A DNA stretch of 64,000 nt from a virus: positions 11,286 to 75,285 of the IMG/VR virus record IMGVR_UViG_3300010400_000003; one strand, written 5' to 3'. The stretch's first letter is position 1; each line of letters begins with the position of its first letter. Shown piece by piece: positions 37,119 through 47,102 of the stretch. Position numbers and translations under genes: made by a program. The notes under the pieces were generated by a model. It worked only from the letters and a program-made list of their open reading frames with translations. It did no database searches and had not been told where the DNA came from.

Positions 37119-37783
37119 CCCTCAAATCCTCAATCCTCTCCGCCGCGAAAGCCGACGGCATCCCGGCCTCCGCTGACGGCCTGTGGCACATCAAGAAGAT
37201 CACGCTGAACAAAGACATCACGGCGCCGAAGGATGGCCGCGAAGTCCATGTGCCGGCGGGGTCGTACACGCAGTTGTGGCGCTGGACAAACGATACGGTG
37301 GGGAAACGGCTGTCTGGCGAGCCGACCGAACCGGGCGAACTGGTGATGACGGACTCGCCAGACGAGTTGAACACGCATCTGAACTTCATGCTGCGGGCGC
37401 GCGGGCGGGTGTTGATTTCCGGCTTGGGCCTCGGCTGTGTCGTTCGCGGATGCTTGGCCAACCCAGCAGTGTCTCACGTCGTCTGCATCGAGCGCGACGC
37501 CTCCGTTCTGAAGATGGTGAAGCCGCACATGCCGTCGAATCGCCTGACCATCCTTCAAGCCGACGCGATTAGTTGGGTGCGCAACAATCTGTCGCGCCAG
37601 CGATTCGACTGCGCCTGGCACGATCTTTGGAGTGACCCCGATAAGCCCGAGCCGCATTTGCAAGTGAACCACTCGGAACTTTTTGTCCGGTGCCACGGCA
37701 AGGTCGGATTTCAAGGCGCGTGGGCGTTTCCGAAACAGGAGAAGCGGTTGTGGATGCGAAGCGTCGGCGGGATCATCGCATGA
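37115..37783 (+). CDS. Class I SAM-dependent methyltransferase (spermidine-synthase-like)
   Basis: RVLISGLGLG, VVCIERD, ADA, FDCAWHDLW. Confidence 0.85.
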   Translation: MTLKSSILSAAKADGIPASADGLWHIKKITLNKDITAPKDGREVHVPAGSYTQLWRWTNDTVGKRLSGEPTEPGELVMTDSPDELNTHLNFMLRARGRVLISGLGLGCVVRGCLANPAVSHVVCIERDASVLKMVKPHMPSNRLTILQADAISWVRNNLSRQRFDCAWHDLWSDPDKPEPHLQVNHSELFVRCHGKVGFQGAWAFPKQEKRLWMRSVGGIIA

Positions 37784-37789
37784 AAGTTG

Positions 37790-37848
37790 TTGACACCTTG
37801 CGCACTCAGGCGTAAAAAGGAGGCGCAACGATCAAATATGAACCTGAA
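37790..37848 (+). promoter_or_regulatory. Fourth promoter of the regulon with degenerate operator
   Basis: TTGACA-17-TAAAAA; CTTGCG-CA-CTCAGG at 37797-37810; leader GATCAAATATGAACCTGAA. Confidence 0.65.
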
Positions 37849-38000
37849 ATTATGAACGCCACGCCTGAAATTACTCCCGCAGAGAAACTGCCCAAAGTCC
37901 CGCAATGGTGGTGGGATTACGGACTGAACCAAGAACTCGCAAAGCGCCAGCGCGAAGGTGCGGCGTTTGACGAGAAGATCGCCGCAGGATCATCCGACCT

Positions 38001-38282
38001 ATGAGCACGAAATCAAACGACGGCGGGCCAGCCTTTCCAGTTGGCTTCCGGGAATACGACCAAAAGATTCACGGCAAAGCTCCAGCGTTGGGACTTGCGG
38101 GAATGAGTCTCCGGGCCTACTTCGCTGGACAGGCGTTGAATGGAATGTTGGCGAGTGAATCCACTGGCGACGGCATGATGCCAGCGAATGAGCCTCGCGC
38201 CACTTGGGAAGCCCGCACAGCGGAACGGGCATGTGATTGGGCTGATGCCCTCATCGCCGAGCTTCAAAAGGAGACGCCGTGA
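38001..38282 (+). CDS. Small phage protein of the GGPAFP...GMSLRxYFA type
   Basis: NDGGPAFP, GMSLRAYFAGQAL, ADALIAEL. Confidence 0.8.
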   Translation: MSTKSNDGGPAFPVGFREYDQKIHGKAPALGLAGMSLRAYFAGQALNGMLASESTGDGMMPANEPRATWEARTAERACDWADALIAELQKETP

Positions 38283-38611
38283 CCGACGCCGAACTTCGCG
38301 ATCTGGACGCCTGGATTGCCGAGCAGGTGATGGGGTTCAAGCTGAACGCCAATGGAATGATTGAGACGTGGCCGCGCGAAGGAGTAAGGCATGATTTGTG
38401 TGTGGCCAATTACACCACCGACCCCGCCGCCGCGATGCAAGTGTTGGAGAAGTGCGCGGACGAGGTTCACGCTTACGAGCTTCAAATCGTGTCACCTAGG
38501 AACGGCGGGTTGTGGCATATCAGTTCAGGAAAGAGAAACACCCCGCGTGTAAACGCTGAAACCCTCCCCATCGCCATCTGCCGATTCGCCCAACAACTGT
38601 TCTCGAAATGA
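38279..38611 (+). CDS. Phage ABA-sandwich-like protein
   Basis: ELRDLDAWIAEQVMG, YTTDPAAAMQVLEK, PIAICR. Confidence 0.75.
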   Translation: MTDAELRDLDAWIAEQVMGFKLNANGMIETWPREGVRHDLCVANYTTDPAAAMQVLEKCADEVHAYELQIVSPRNGGLWHISSGKRNTPRVNAETLPIAICRFAQQLFSK

Positions 38612-39666
38612 AACGCCTGACCATGCTGGCCGCGCTGGACGCCTGTGGAGGGTATGGACAGACCGCCATCGCGTTCGCCCGCGGCATCGAGGCGCTGGCG
38701 GGCGCGAAGGTGAGCATCCGTGCCTCGTCGGTGAACGAGCGGTGGGCGAAGATTCCTGAGGACATTCGTGAGCGCATTGTGAGCGGGCCGCAACCGGGCG
38801 AATGGGAGTTGCTGATTCACCATCCCAACTTCGTGCCGACGCCGGGGAAGAAAACGGCATACGTCACTATGAATGAGTCCACGCGGTTGAACCCGCTGTC
38901 GGTCCACCTGCTGAACCAAGCGGCGGTTGTGATCGTGCCGTCGGAGTTCTGTGCGGTGACGTTCTCGGCGAGCGGGGTGACGGCGCCGATTCGGGTTGTC
39001 CCGCTGGGGTTCGATCCAAAGATTTACCGCTGGCGGCCGATGCCTGACGGCGGAGGCGTCGTGTTCGGAACGGCAGGCAGCGTGGCCGGCGGGGAGTCGC
39101 GCAAAGGCTTGGGCGAAGTGGTGACAGCTTTCCGTAAAGCGTTCCCGCTCGACAAAGGGCTGAAGGTGCGTCTGAAGATCAAGTGCCACCCCGACCGCGA
39201 AACCGATGTGTGGACGGACGACGACCGGATTGAACTCACAGCAGAGCATTTGAGTGACACCGCGCTGGCTGAGTGGTACGCGAGCCTGACGTGTTTCGTC
39301 TCCGTGTCGAAAGGCGAGGGATTCGGATTGATGCCGTTGCAGGCGATGGCGTGCGGCCGGCCAGTGATCTCCCCGAAGTTCGGAGGCGTGAGCGAGTACT
39401 TCAAAGAGGATCGCGGATACGTCATGCCGCACACGCTGGTAGCCGCGCCGCCGCCATACTGCGGGCACTGGTGTCATGTGAAGGAAACAGACCTGATCGC
39501 GGAGATGGGCATGTTCTACGCCTTTTACGCAACATCGGGTGACGGCAAATCCGAGGCGATGGCCGCTGCGAAGTTCACTTGGCAGTCATCGTGCGAAAAG
39601 CTGGTCGCCGTGCTGGATGAATTCGGCGCGCTGGCGGACGCGCCGCAGGAGTTTCACGCGCTGTAA
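38608..39666 (+). CDS. GT4-like (GT-B) glycosyltransferase
   Basis: VIVPSEF, RVVPLG, RKG, SKGEGFGLMPLQAMACGRPVI. Confidence 0.9.
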   Translation: MKRLTMLAALDACGGYGQTAIAFARGIEALAGAKVSIRASSVNERWAKIPEDIRERIVSGPQPGEWELLIHHPNFVPTPGKKTAYVTMNESTRLNPLSVHLLNQAAVVIVPSEFCAVTFSASGVTAPIRVVPLGFDPKIYRWRPMPDGGGVVFGTAGSVAGGESRKGLGEVVTAFRKAFPLDKGLKVRLKIKCHPDRETDVWTDDDRIELTAEHLSDTALAEWYASLTCFVSVSKGEGFGLMPLQAMACGRPVISPKFGGVSEYFKEDRGYVMPHTLVAAPPPYCGHWCHVKETDLIAEMGMFYAFYATSGDGKSEAMAAAKFTWQSSCEKLVAVLDEFGALADAPQEFHAL

Positions 39667-39870
39667 AGGTAAGCCTATGCCAATCTTCGATGTAAAACCA
39701 ATATCCGAAACCAAGCGCCTACTTGCCTGCACAGAGCAAGAGGCGCAAACCAATCTGGAAGTCGCTGCTCGACGACTACTGAATGAGGCGAGATGGCATC
39801 CATATCGGTCGAAAATCCGAGAACTCCAAAAGCCGCTGTTGCAACTCCGAATGGCGAGGCGAAAATCAGC

Positions 39871-40179
39871 ATGACATCAATCAAAACCATCTTGGGAAAC
39901 CGGCTCGTCATTCGGAGAAATCCTGCCGCAGTAAACGGTTGGCTGCCCAAGCCTCATCCGATGGCGGTTGCGCCGCAATCACCAGACGACCGCGAGCCAC
40001 ACTTCGAGGCTGTCGTGATGGCCGTTGGAGAAAATCTTTCCGAGGACATCAAGCCCGGCGACCGCGTGATCTGCGGCGCGCACCCGAGTCAGAACCGCGT
40101 CGGTACGCGCAAGGTTCTGTGGCGCGGTGAACCGGCGGAACTGATTTCGACACTTGACGTGGTTGCGGTGATTGAGTGA
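39871..40179 (+). CDS. GroES-like co-chaperonin
   Basis: ILGNRLVIRR...AVVMAVG...IKPGDRVI...DVVAVIE. Confidence 0.7.
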   Translation: MTSIKTILGNRLVIRRNPAAVNGWLPKPHPMAVAPQSPDDREPHFEAVVMAVGENLSEDIKPGDRVICGAHPSQNRVGTRKVLWRGEPAELISTLDVVAVIE

Positions 40180-40292
40180 TAACGCACTTTCGGGATTAGT
40201 TCCCCGCCCTGGAGAGGACGGCGCGAGCCGACGCCACATGCTGGCCAACGCCGACCCGCTCACTGACTGGCCAGCCTGAAGAAAGGCAAACA

Positions 40293-40550
40293 GTGAAGAA
40301 GGCAAATGCAGTATTAAGCTGGGTGTTGGCGCTGTCCATTATCGCCCTGATCGCAGCCGAAGAACACGCACGGAGAACATGGCGCGACCGGGCATCAACT
40401 GCGCAAATCGGACTGGCGAGAGCCACGCTGGAAATCTCCGCGCTGAAATGGCTGAATGCGTCCGCGATCAAACACAACGAGCAGGCGTTTCAGGGCTACC
40501 TGAAGGCGTCGGGGGATCACATCAAGCAGCCGGAAAGGAGCGGGCAATGA
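40293..40550 (+). CDS. Membrane-anchored hypothetical protein
   Basis: N-terminal TM. Confidence 0.55.
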   Translation: MKKANAVLSWVLALSIIALIAAEEHARRTWRDRASTAQIGLARATLEISALKWLNASAIKHNEQAFQGYLKASGDHIKQPERSGQ

Positions 40551-41251
40551 TCGCTTCAGATTATTCTGTTCGCCGCAGCCAATACAACGGAACCAGATTC
40601 GGGCTGAAACTGGTCATCATTCTCAATCTGATTCTGACCCTCGTGTTCCTACCATGCCAGCGCGCCAGCGCGCCAGTGCCAGTCGGCCTTGGTGTCGCCC
40701 TGAAATGTGTCGCCATCGGGGTGATAATCCCCACCGCCATCATAATTTGGAAGTGCGACCAAGAGCACTACTTGGTTCGCTACCAACTCGACGGAGAGGA
40801 CCCGTGGTGGTCCGCGTCCAAGGCCAACGAGACAACGAACGGAAAGCTCGGAGGGCGGCGCTGCGAGGGGCCATGGTCGTCTCCAGACGAGCCGGCGTTT
40901 CGCGCATGGGTGAATAACAAGGACCCGGGCTTTCCAGTGTTCCCATGCGGGCCGCTGGGAAAGATACCGGGACCGAACACTAACGCGCCAGCCTTCATCA
41001 GCCTTCAGCAGAGCCGCGACGGTGGAGCATCGTGGACGCCGTTGGTATCTACGACGGCTGACCCTGGCGACAACCTCTCGTTTGTTGTGTTCCTGACGAA
41101 CGCAGGCACCAACGGATTAACAGCGGACCAGTTGCGCCAAGTGCAGGATTGCGATGTTGCGGTGACGAATAGCGCGGCCTCGCCATCGGCCATGTTCAGG
41201 CTGGCGGGGAGAGAAATCATGCCGACCGCCGAACGCCATCAGGAGCAATGA
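40547..41251 (+). CDS. Exported/membrane protein
   Basis: Two hydrophobic segments; LQQSRDGGASWTPL...AMFRL. Confidence 0.6.
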   Translation: MIASDYSVRRSQYNGTRFGLKLVIILNLILTLVFLPCQRASAPVPVGLGVALKCVAIGVIIPTAIIIWKCDQEHYLVRYQLDGEDPWWSASKANETTNGKLGGRRCEGPWSSPDEPAFRAWVNNKDPGFPVFPCGPLGKIPGPNTNAPAFISLQQSRDGGASWTPLVSTTADPGDNLSFVVFLTNAGTNGLTADQLRQVQDCDVAVTNSAASPSAMFRLAGREIMPTAERHQEQ

Positions 41252-41585
41252 TGCTGACTCCGTTAATCCCATCTTGGGCCTGCTACGCCGCCGCTGCCGT
41301 TCTGGTGGCGGCATTGCTGCTCGGGGTGTTTCTCAACTGGTATGACGAATGAAAGGAAGTTAGTCGCGTGAATCCAAAGATCGCGAGCCGATCCAGCACG
41401 TACGCCTTGGCAGGCGGAGGCTTCATCCACATTGACCGCCAGATCATACCTATCGTGGTGCCGCGCCGTTCAGGTGGGGTTCCGCCCCTAAAGCCGAAAT
41501 CAACGGCCAGGACAAAGGCGAGCCTGACCTCGCCGACTCCCAGGATGAAAAGAGGCCCACAGCGGAGGCGCGGTGCCACAAAACA

Positions 41586-41834
41586 ATGAACCAGAAAACA
41601 GCAAACGCAGTAGTTGCATATCACATGATCGAAAAAGCAAAGGAACTTCTCGCGACAGACTCATGGGGGTCTTTCGACAACATGCCGGAGCGTATCGCGT
41701 ATCCGGTGATTTGCTCGCGCTGCCACAGGAAGTCGGTGGACGCGAAAGACCGGCTGAAGAAGTGCGGACTGCCTCAACCTGACGGAACCAGATGCACCGG
41801 CATTTTTGTACCGAGGGATGCGGTCAAGGAGTAA
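41586..41834 (+). CDS. Small zinc-binding protein
   Basis: CSRC...CG...CTG. Confidence 0.6.
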   Translation: MNQKTANAVVAYHMIEKAKELLATDSWGSFDNMPERIAYPVICSRCHRKSVDAKDRLKKCGLPQPDGTRCTGIFVPRDAVKE

Positions 41835-41838
41835 GCCA

Positions 41839-42030
41839 ATGGCCGACACGGACCCATTCGATGAAGATGAGGACGAGGGCGACCCGACGCTCGACCCGGA
41901 TTGGTGCGAGGTTTGCCAGGGACGAGGCAAGGTGACGACCGCCGACTACGAATCGTATTTCGGCGCGTGCTACAAACCGTGCCCGAGATGTCACGGAAAC
42001 CCATGCCACGACGAGCCTCCGTGTTCTTGA
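41839..42030 (+). CDS. Small DnaJ-like zinc-finger protein
   Basis: AAGGAG RBS; CEVCQGRG...CPRCHG. Confidence 0.65.
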   Translation: MADTDPFDEDEDEGDPTLDPDWCEVCQGRGKVTTADYESYFGACYKPCPRCHGNPCHDEPPCS

Positions 42031-42295
42031 AGCAGTTCATCACTTGACACCATCGCCAAACGAGTCAACCCTTGCAGAGAAACCGGGCCACGGTTGTTTT
42101 GTTCGATTGGTATTGGGAGCGCGCCGCGGCTGAGGTCGTGGCGCGTTTTAACAACTGCGGGCGGCGGGTCATAATCCGACCGAGCCTCATAAGCTTTGGA
42201 AACGTGGTGAAACTCCACGGCTTCGCAACCACTCTCCAGCGCGGCGAAATCAGTTCGTTGTTGCGCCGTCCCGCCTGCGGTGGTAACAAGCGGGC

Positions 42296-42946
42296 ATGAG
42301 TCCTTTCACCAAGGCCGAAGCGAAGGCGCTGATTCCTGACCCGACGAGCAGCCTGTGCGGCGTGTTCGTAAAAACTTTGCTCCAACTCCCGGTTTTTTTC
42401 TACCAGTGGATTTCCTCATTTGTCGGCGACGACGGCGAATACATCCGCACGGTTGAGCCGGGCGACCTGATTTATTCGTTCGCGCCGCTGGTGAGCAACC
42501 AGCATCGGCTGCGGTGCGATGGCGCATCGTATTCCACCACGACCTACGCCGTGCTCTACGCCGCGATCGGCAACGCCTTCGACACGATGGACGGACAGAG
42601 CGCGCCTGGAGCGGGGTTCTTTCGAGTGCCCAAGTGCGGTGCGCGCTTCCCGCTGGCAACCGGAAGTCTTCCATTATCTGGCGCTGTGGCCCTTGGATCA
42701 GTCAGCGGCGAAGAACGGCACGTCTTGCTCGTAGCTGAGATGCCGAAGCACAAGCACGCGACGACGCTTCATCGTTCGAGTCCCGACAGCGGGCCGGACA
42801 ATCTGTTCGCCACGGGCAACGGTCCAGACGACGGCGGAGATTATCCTGACCAGACTTACGACACCAGCGAGGTTGGCAGCGACACGGCGCACAACAACAT
42901 CCCGCCTTACTTTGGAGTTCACTGCTACATCGCGACCGGAATCTGA
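42296..42946 (+). CDS. Tail-collar domain protein
   Basis: LRCDGASYSTTTYAVLYAAIG, FRVP, GEERHVL..EMPKH.H, AHNNIPPY. Confidence 0.88.
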   Translation: MSPFTKAEAKALIPDPTSSLCGVFVKTLLQLPVFFYQWISSFVGDDGEYIRTVEPGDLIYSFAPLVSNQHRLRCDGASYSTTTYAVLYAAIGNAFDTMDGQSAPGAGFFRVPKCGARFPLATGSLPLSGAVALGSVSGEERHVLLVAEMPKHKHATTLHRSSPDSGPDNLFATGNGPDDGGDYPDQTYDTSEVGSDTAHNNIPPYFGVHCYIATGI

Positions 42947-43248
42947 TGGGCTTTTTCAAACAGCGAACGACGCCGTTGGCCGTGCTCATCACCCAAGTTT
43001 GGGATCGTCAGGCCTCATCCAGCAGCGTGTACCGGACGAACTATCTCGGCTACACCTGGCCAGCCATTGATCTTGTCCCAGCCTCCGGCAGCGTTCCGTC
43101 GCACGGTTTGTTTCACGGTCCCGAGGGCGATATTGTCATCAACCACGGCGATTACATCTCGCTTCGCCCGGCCACGGGGAGGGTATCCGCCTCTAGCTGG
43201 TACAATTTCGTCGGCTTCTACGAGGAGGTGCTGAATGTCCCAAACTGA
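42946..43248 (+). CDS. Hypothetical protein
   Basis: TGATG-coupled. Confidence 0.6.
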   Translation: MGFFKQRTTPLAVLITQVWDRQASSSSVYRTNYLGYTWPAIDLVPASGSVPSHGLFHGPEGDIVINHGDYISLRPATGRVSASSWYNFVGFYEEVLNVPN

Positions 43249-43747
43249 AATACTCGCATATTGCGCTGGATTCTTCGATGGTGAAGGCACTGTAACTATC
43301 ACCACGGAAAAAACAAAAGTGAAAACCGGACGGCGAAACCACAGGGTTCAGATAAACGCCTCACAAAAGGAGATTCGTCCTCTGCTGCTGTTCAAAAGCA
43401 CGTTTGGCGGAAGCGTGAGACTGATAACCAAGAGGGGAATACGATCTTGCTATACGTGGTGGATATGCGGTCGAGAAAAGCAACTGCTATTCTTGGAGAC
43501 AATTATTCCTTTCTTGCTGATAAAAAGAACTGAGGCTGAAATCGCCAAACAATTTCTAGGCACAGTTCGAGAACGGAATGTTCGTGGCAGGATTGGCCAA
43601 ATAGCGAGAACCGAAGATTCTGTTTACGAATTGCGGGAACGCCTCTACACGCAGTCAATGAGCGTGAGGCGCAGAAAAAGTCTTATGGAGGATTCGGCTG
43701 GCCAATACGAATTCCCGGTTTCGTCGGTGCTGATCGGACACAACTGA
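43235..43747 (+). CDS. LAGLIDADG homing endonuclease, single motif
   Basis: LAYCAGFFDGEG, FGG, PFLLIKR; lower GC than flanks. Confidence 0.9.
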   Translation: MSQTEILAYCAGFFDGEGTVTITTEKTKVKTGRRNHRVQINASQKEIRPLLLFKSTFGGSVRLITKRGIRSCYTWWICGREKQLLFLETIIPFLLIKRTEAEIAKQFLGTVRERNVRGRIGQIARTEDSVYELRERLYTQSMSVRRRKSLMEDSAGQYEFPVSSVLIGHN

Positions 43748-43751
43748 TTCT

Positions 43752-46607
43752 ATGGCTGCTCCAAAAGGAATCCCGGTCGCACCTCTAACTGGATTGTTGG
43801 ACACGCGAAGCCTTCCAGATTTGTTGCCCCAAGGAGCATTGCGCTTTCGCCAAAACTGGCAGACGACCGGAGAAGGCAAGTTGCGCCGCGGCTGCGGGTG
43901 GACCAAGGCGTTCTCGCAAACGCCGTACAACAATCAGGATTTCCACGATCAACTGCTGCTGTTCGGCGGGACGGTGCGCGAGCCTGTTACTGGACTGTTC
44001 GAGTTCCAGTCCGCGCGCGGCATCCGCTCGTTCTGGCTGACGACACAGAGCCGGATTGCCAAACTGAACGAGACGACGGGCAACTGGAAGATCATCGCCA
44101 GCGGACTCGGCGGCGGGGCGGGAACGGATTGCAGTGGGCCGCGCTTCAAGGCGGCGAACGTCGGCGATTACGTGATCTTCACCAACGGCCACGACCGGCC
44201 CAAGGTTCACCGCCTGGAGCAACCGCCGTTCGACGACGTGCTGATTGCGGACCTGCCAGATTTGGAACTCATCGGACTGACCAAAGCGGCGCTGGCGTTC
44301 GCGTGGAAGGACATCGTAATTCTGGCCGACGTAGAGATGGACGGCGAGCGTCACCCGAACCGATTCGTCTGGTCCAACCTCAAAGACCCGCAAGGGTTTG
44401 ATCCAGGCAATCCCGCCAGCATCACCGGCCAAGACGAGTTCAACTACGGCGAGCGCATCTTGGCTGGCGGACCAACGACCGCTGGCACGTTCCTGATGTA
44501 CACGACGGAAGGCATTTGGGAACTGAGCACGGTCGGCGACTCCCGCGTGTTCGTGAAGCGCGAGGCGTATCCAGGCCGCAAGGCTGATTTCACCGGCTGC
44601 CTCAAGTACCAGAACACGCTCGTTGACATCGGCGGCGACCACATTTACATGGCGAAGGACGGCATCTACGCCTTCAACCCGTATCGCTCGGCACCGGAGT
44701 TGATCCTGTGGCTGCACCGCGCGTCATCCGTGCTGTTCGACGACATTGACGACAGCGCGTGCGCGGCCTCCATCGGATGGTTTCACGATTCCGAAGCGTT
44801 CTTCTCGGTCAAGCGCAACTCAGATGTCGGCTGCCCTGGAATCACGCTCCGCATCGAAACTCAGTTCAAGGTCGCCGACGTGATTGACCGCGGGTTCACA
44901 GCGGCAGCCAATTACCGGCCGCAACCGATCCAGACCATCCGCGACTTCATTCTGGACAAACGCATCTGCGACTTGAGTGGGTTGACTGAATCGCTGCTCT
45001 CAGAGGATCTGCCGCCGCCGTTCGAGAACGAGGGCTTGCCGTCACCGCTGGCCGAACCGACGGCGGCGTTCGTGCCGCAACAGTTCTACACCGAGAATTA
45101 CCAGATCATCGGAGATGTCGTGACCGAGGATTGGAACAAGGCGACGGCAGACGCGGATTCGCTGTGCGCCCTGCTGGGCGACACGACGCTTGATGACCTG
45201 TGCATCAACTGCGAATCCGTCTCGGTGCTCATCGCCGCGTCGTCTCGGGATTGGTGTTTGAAGCAATTCGGCGGGTTTTACCGGGAACGGTGCGCCAATC
45301 CGACAGCGACCGGGAACTTGGAGCAAACGGTAAACCTGCTCGACTCTGGCGTGGACTTCGCGTTTGTCGTGGACGAGTCGGCGAGCCTGCCAACCGTGCG
45401 TGCGATCCTGACTTCGCTGTCGCTGACTTTGGAGGCCAATTTGAGGGCGGCGCATGTCGGCGCCGGAAGCGTGCCCAACCGATACAGCGTCGTCGCCTTC
45501 GGTTACGGCGCGGCGGCGGAGACACAGGTTGACTGGACAGACTCCGCAACGTTTGCCGCAGCCATGCCCACGCTGGGTCCAACGCATGGCGGCGGATTGG
45601 AGGAGGACGCCTACGAAGGCATTGACTTCGCGATCAACAATCTGGCGTGGCGGGACTCCGATCGGGTGACAAAACTCATCTTTTTCATCACTGACGAAGA
45701 TCGAAATGTTTGGCTGTACACGAACGGCGTCGGCCAGGCGGGGCATTTTGCCAGCCTGAAAGCGCAGTTGGTTTCGGGCGGGTTCTTGCTCGCCGGCATG
45801 ACGAGGGATGCGGCGGCAGGAATGAAGGATGCGTCCAGCAATCTCATCATTGCCTGCGATTCGACGGTGAACCTCGTGACGGAAGGTGACGGTAGCCAAA
45901 CGTCGGCGACGGGAAAATCCTATCGCTCAGACGGCGCGGGCGGGTTTACCGAGAGCGCTGGCGTGGACACGGTATCCGCTGCGTGGGTAAGCGACAGTCC
46001 AGGCAAGCCCGACGGCGCGCAGACGGAATACTTCGATCTGCTGATGGACAAGCAGATCGCCGGTTACTGGTTTAATTACAGTCGGTACGAAAGTGGCGGG
46101 CCTGTGGCGGCGTCCGTGCTGGGAATTATCGTGCCGGTGCTGTCCGAGCGCATCCGCCTGGAACTGAACACCGAACTTTACACCTCCGCCGTCGGCAGCT
46201 ACATCCTCGACGGATACGATTCGATCATCCGGTTCGCCCCACTCTCTCAGGAAGGCGCGCAAGTCATCGTCGAACGCTTTGGGCTGAAAGGCATTCCCGC
46301 CGTTCAGGCCGAGCCGAGAGACATCGAATTGCGTTGCGGTGTCTCAGGCCAGACGGCGGATTCAAACGACGATCACTGCCCGATTGTCTGGCTGGAACTG
46401 ACGCCGAAGCAACTGCGCTGCGTGACTGACCGCACGGCGGCCCAGCACACGGCGGCCAAGACCGTGCCGGCGCAGGACATCTCGTGGCGCTTCCATCGGG
46501 TCGGAAAAGTCGTGCATCTGGAATTGAAGATCACCGGCACGGGCGGAGATTGTGTGTTGAGCGGCGTTGTCGCGAGCGCGAAGGCGACTCCGGCGAGGAA
46601 CTTCTGA
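43752..46607 (+). CDS. Virion stabilisation/tail nozzle-like protein with inserted vWA domain
   Basis: Propeller-like repeats (YVIFTNG, RFVWSN, DGIYAFN); vWA VDFAFVVDESAS and FITDE at about 45345-46170. Confidence 0.7.
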   Translation: MAAPKGIPVAPLTGLLDTRSLPDLLPQGALRFRQNWQTTGEGKLRRGCGWTKAFSQTPYNNQDFHDQLLLFGGTVREPVTGLFEFQSARGIRSFWLTTQSRIAKLNETTGNWKIIASGLGGGAGTDCSGPRFKAANVGDYVIFTNGHDRPKVHRLEQPPFDDVLIADLPDLELIGLTKAALAFAWKDIVILADVEMDGERHPNRFVWSNLKDPQGFDPGNPASITGQDEFNYGERILAGGPTTAGTFLMYTTEGIWELSTVGDSRVFVKREAYPGRKADFTGCLKYQNTLVDIGGDHIYMAKDGIYAFNPYRSAPELILWLHRASSVLFDDIDDSACAASIGWFHDSEAFFSVKRNSDVGCPGITLRIETQFKVADVIDRGFTAAANYRPQPIQTIRDFILDKRICDLSGLTESLLSEDLPPPFENEGLPSPLAEPTAAFVPQQFYTENYQIIGDVVTEDWNKATADADSLCALLGDTTLDDLCINCESVSVLIAASSRDWCLKQFGGFYRERCANPTATGNLEQTVNLLDSGVDFAFVVDESASLPTVRAILTSLSLTLEANLRAAHVGAGSVPNRYSVVAFGYGAAAETQVDWTDSATFAAAMPTLGPTHGGGLEEDAYEGIDFAINNLAWRDSDRVTKLIFFITDEDRNVWLYTNGVGQAGHFASLKAQLVSGGFLLAGMTRDAAAGMKDASSNLIIACDSTVNLVTEGDGSQTSATGKSYRSDGAGGFTESAGVDTVSAAWVSDSPGKPDGAQTEYFDLLMDKQIAGYWFNYSRYESGGPVAASVLGIIVPVLSERIRLELNTELYTSAVGSYILDGYDSIIRFAPLSQEGAQVIVERFGLKGIPAVQAEPRDIELRCGVSGQTADSNDDHCPIVWLELTPKQLRCVTDRTAAQHTAAKTVPAQDISWRFHRVGKVVHLELKITGTGGDCVLSGVVASAKATPARNF

Positions 46608-46885
46608 TGCGCGTCATCATCCTCGACACCCAAACCGGTATCAGCCATGAAGTAGGCGACGGGCAGAGTTCGTATTATTGGACGGACGGCAACGGTTCAT
46701 GCGATTGCAACCGGCGGCTGCTTTGCAGTGTTGAGTCCGATAAACCAGATGGCGTGTGCGAGGGGCACGAGCGATTTCTGATTTCGAGAGTTCTTTCAGT
46801 TGAGGAAGGCGACACCGCCTGCACGCTGGCTGAACTGAACGAGCATTATCCCGCCACGCTGAAGAAGCGGCACGGGATCAACTGA
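46607..46885 (+). CDS. Hypothetical protein
   Basis: YWTDGNGSCDCNR. Confidence 0.7.
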   Translation: MRVIILDTQTGISHEVGDGQSSYYWTDGNGSCDCNRRLLCSVESDKPDGVCEGHERFLISRVLSVEEGDTACTLAELNEHYPATLKKRHGIN

Positions 46886-46886
46886 C

Positions 46887-47102
46887 ATGGCGACCACAAA
46901 ACAGCAGAAGCTCGACAGCCTGGCGACCAGCCCGGCGACTGGACAGTTCCACGTCGAACCGCTGCCCAAGCTGTCCGAGATGGCGATGGGCTACGGGTTC
47001 AAGCGCGGGAACGAGATGTGGGACGAGGCAATGGAACGCTGGCGGGTGAATCTTGAAAAGGCGGTCAACAAAATCCTTAGCGAGCGGGACGCCTCGACTT
47101 GA
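46887..47102 (+). CDS. Hypothetical protein
   Basis: 71 aa, tightly packed. Confidence 0.65.
   Translation: MATTKQQKLDSLATSPATGQFHVEPLPKLSEMAMGYGFKRGNEMWDEAMERWRVNLEKAVNKILSERDAST

Noticed and set aside
40185-40290. Possible tRNA or ncRNA in an intergenic gap
   Set aside because: No cloverleaf, TTCRA loop or CCA; structure not convincing by eye.
43235-43747. Group I intron or intein around the LAGLIDADG gene
   Set aside because: It has its own start and stop between intact ORFs; no splice motifs seen.
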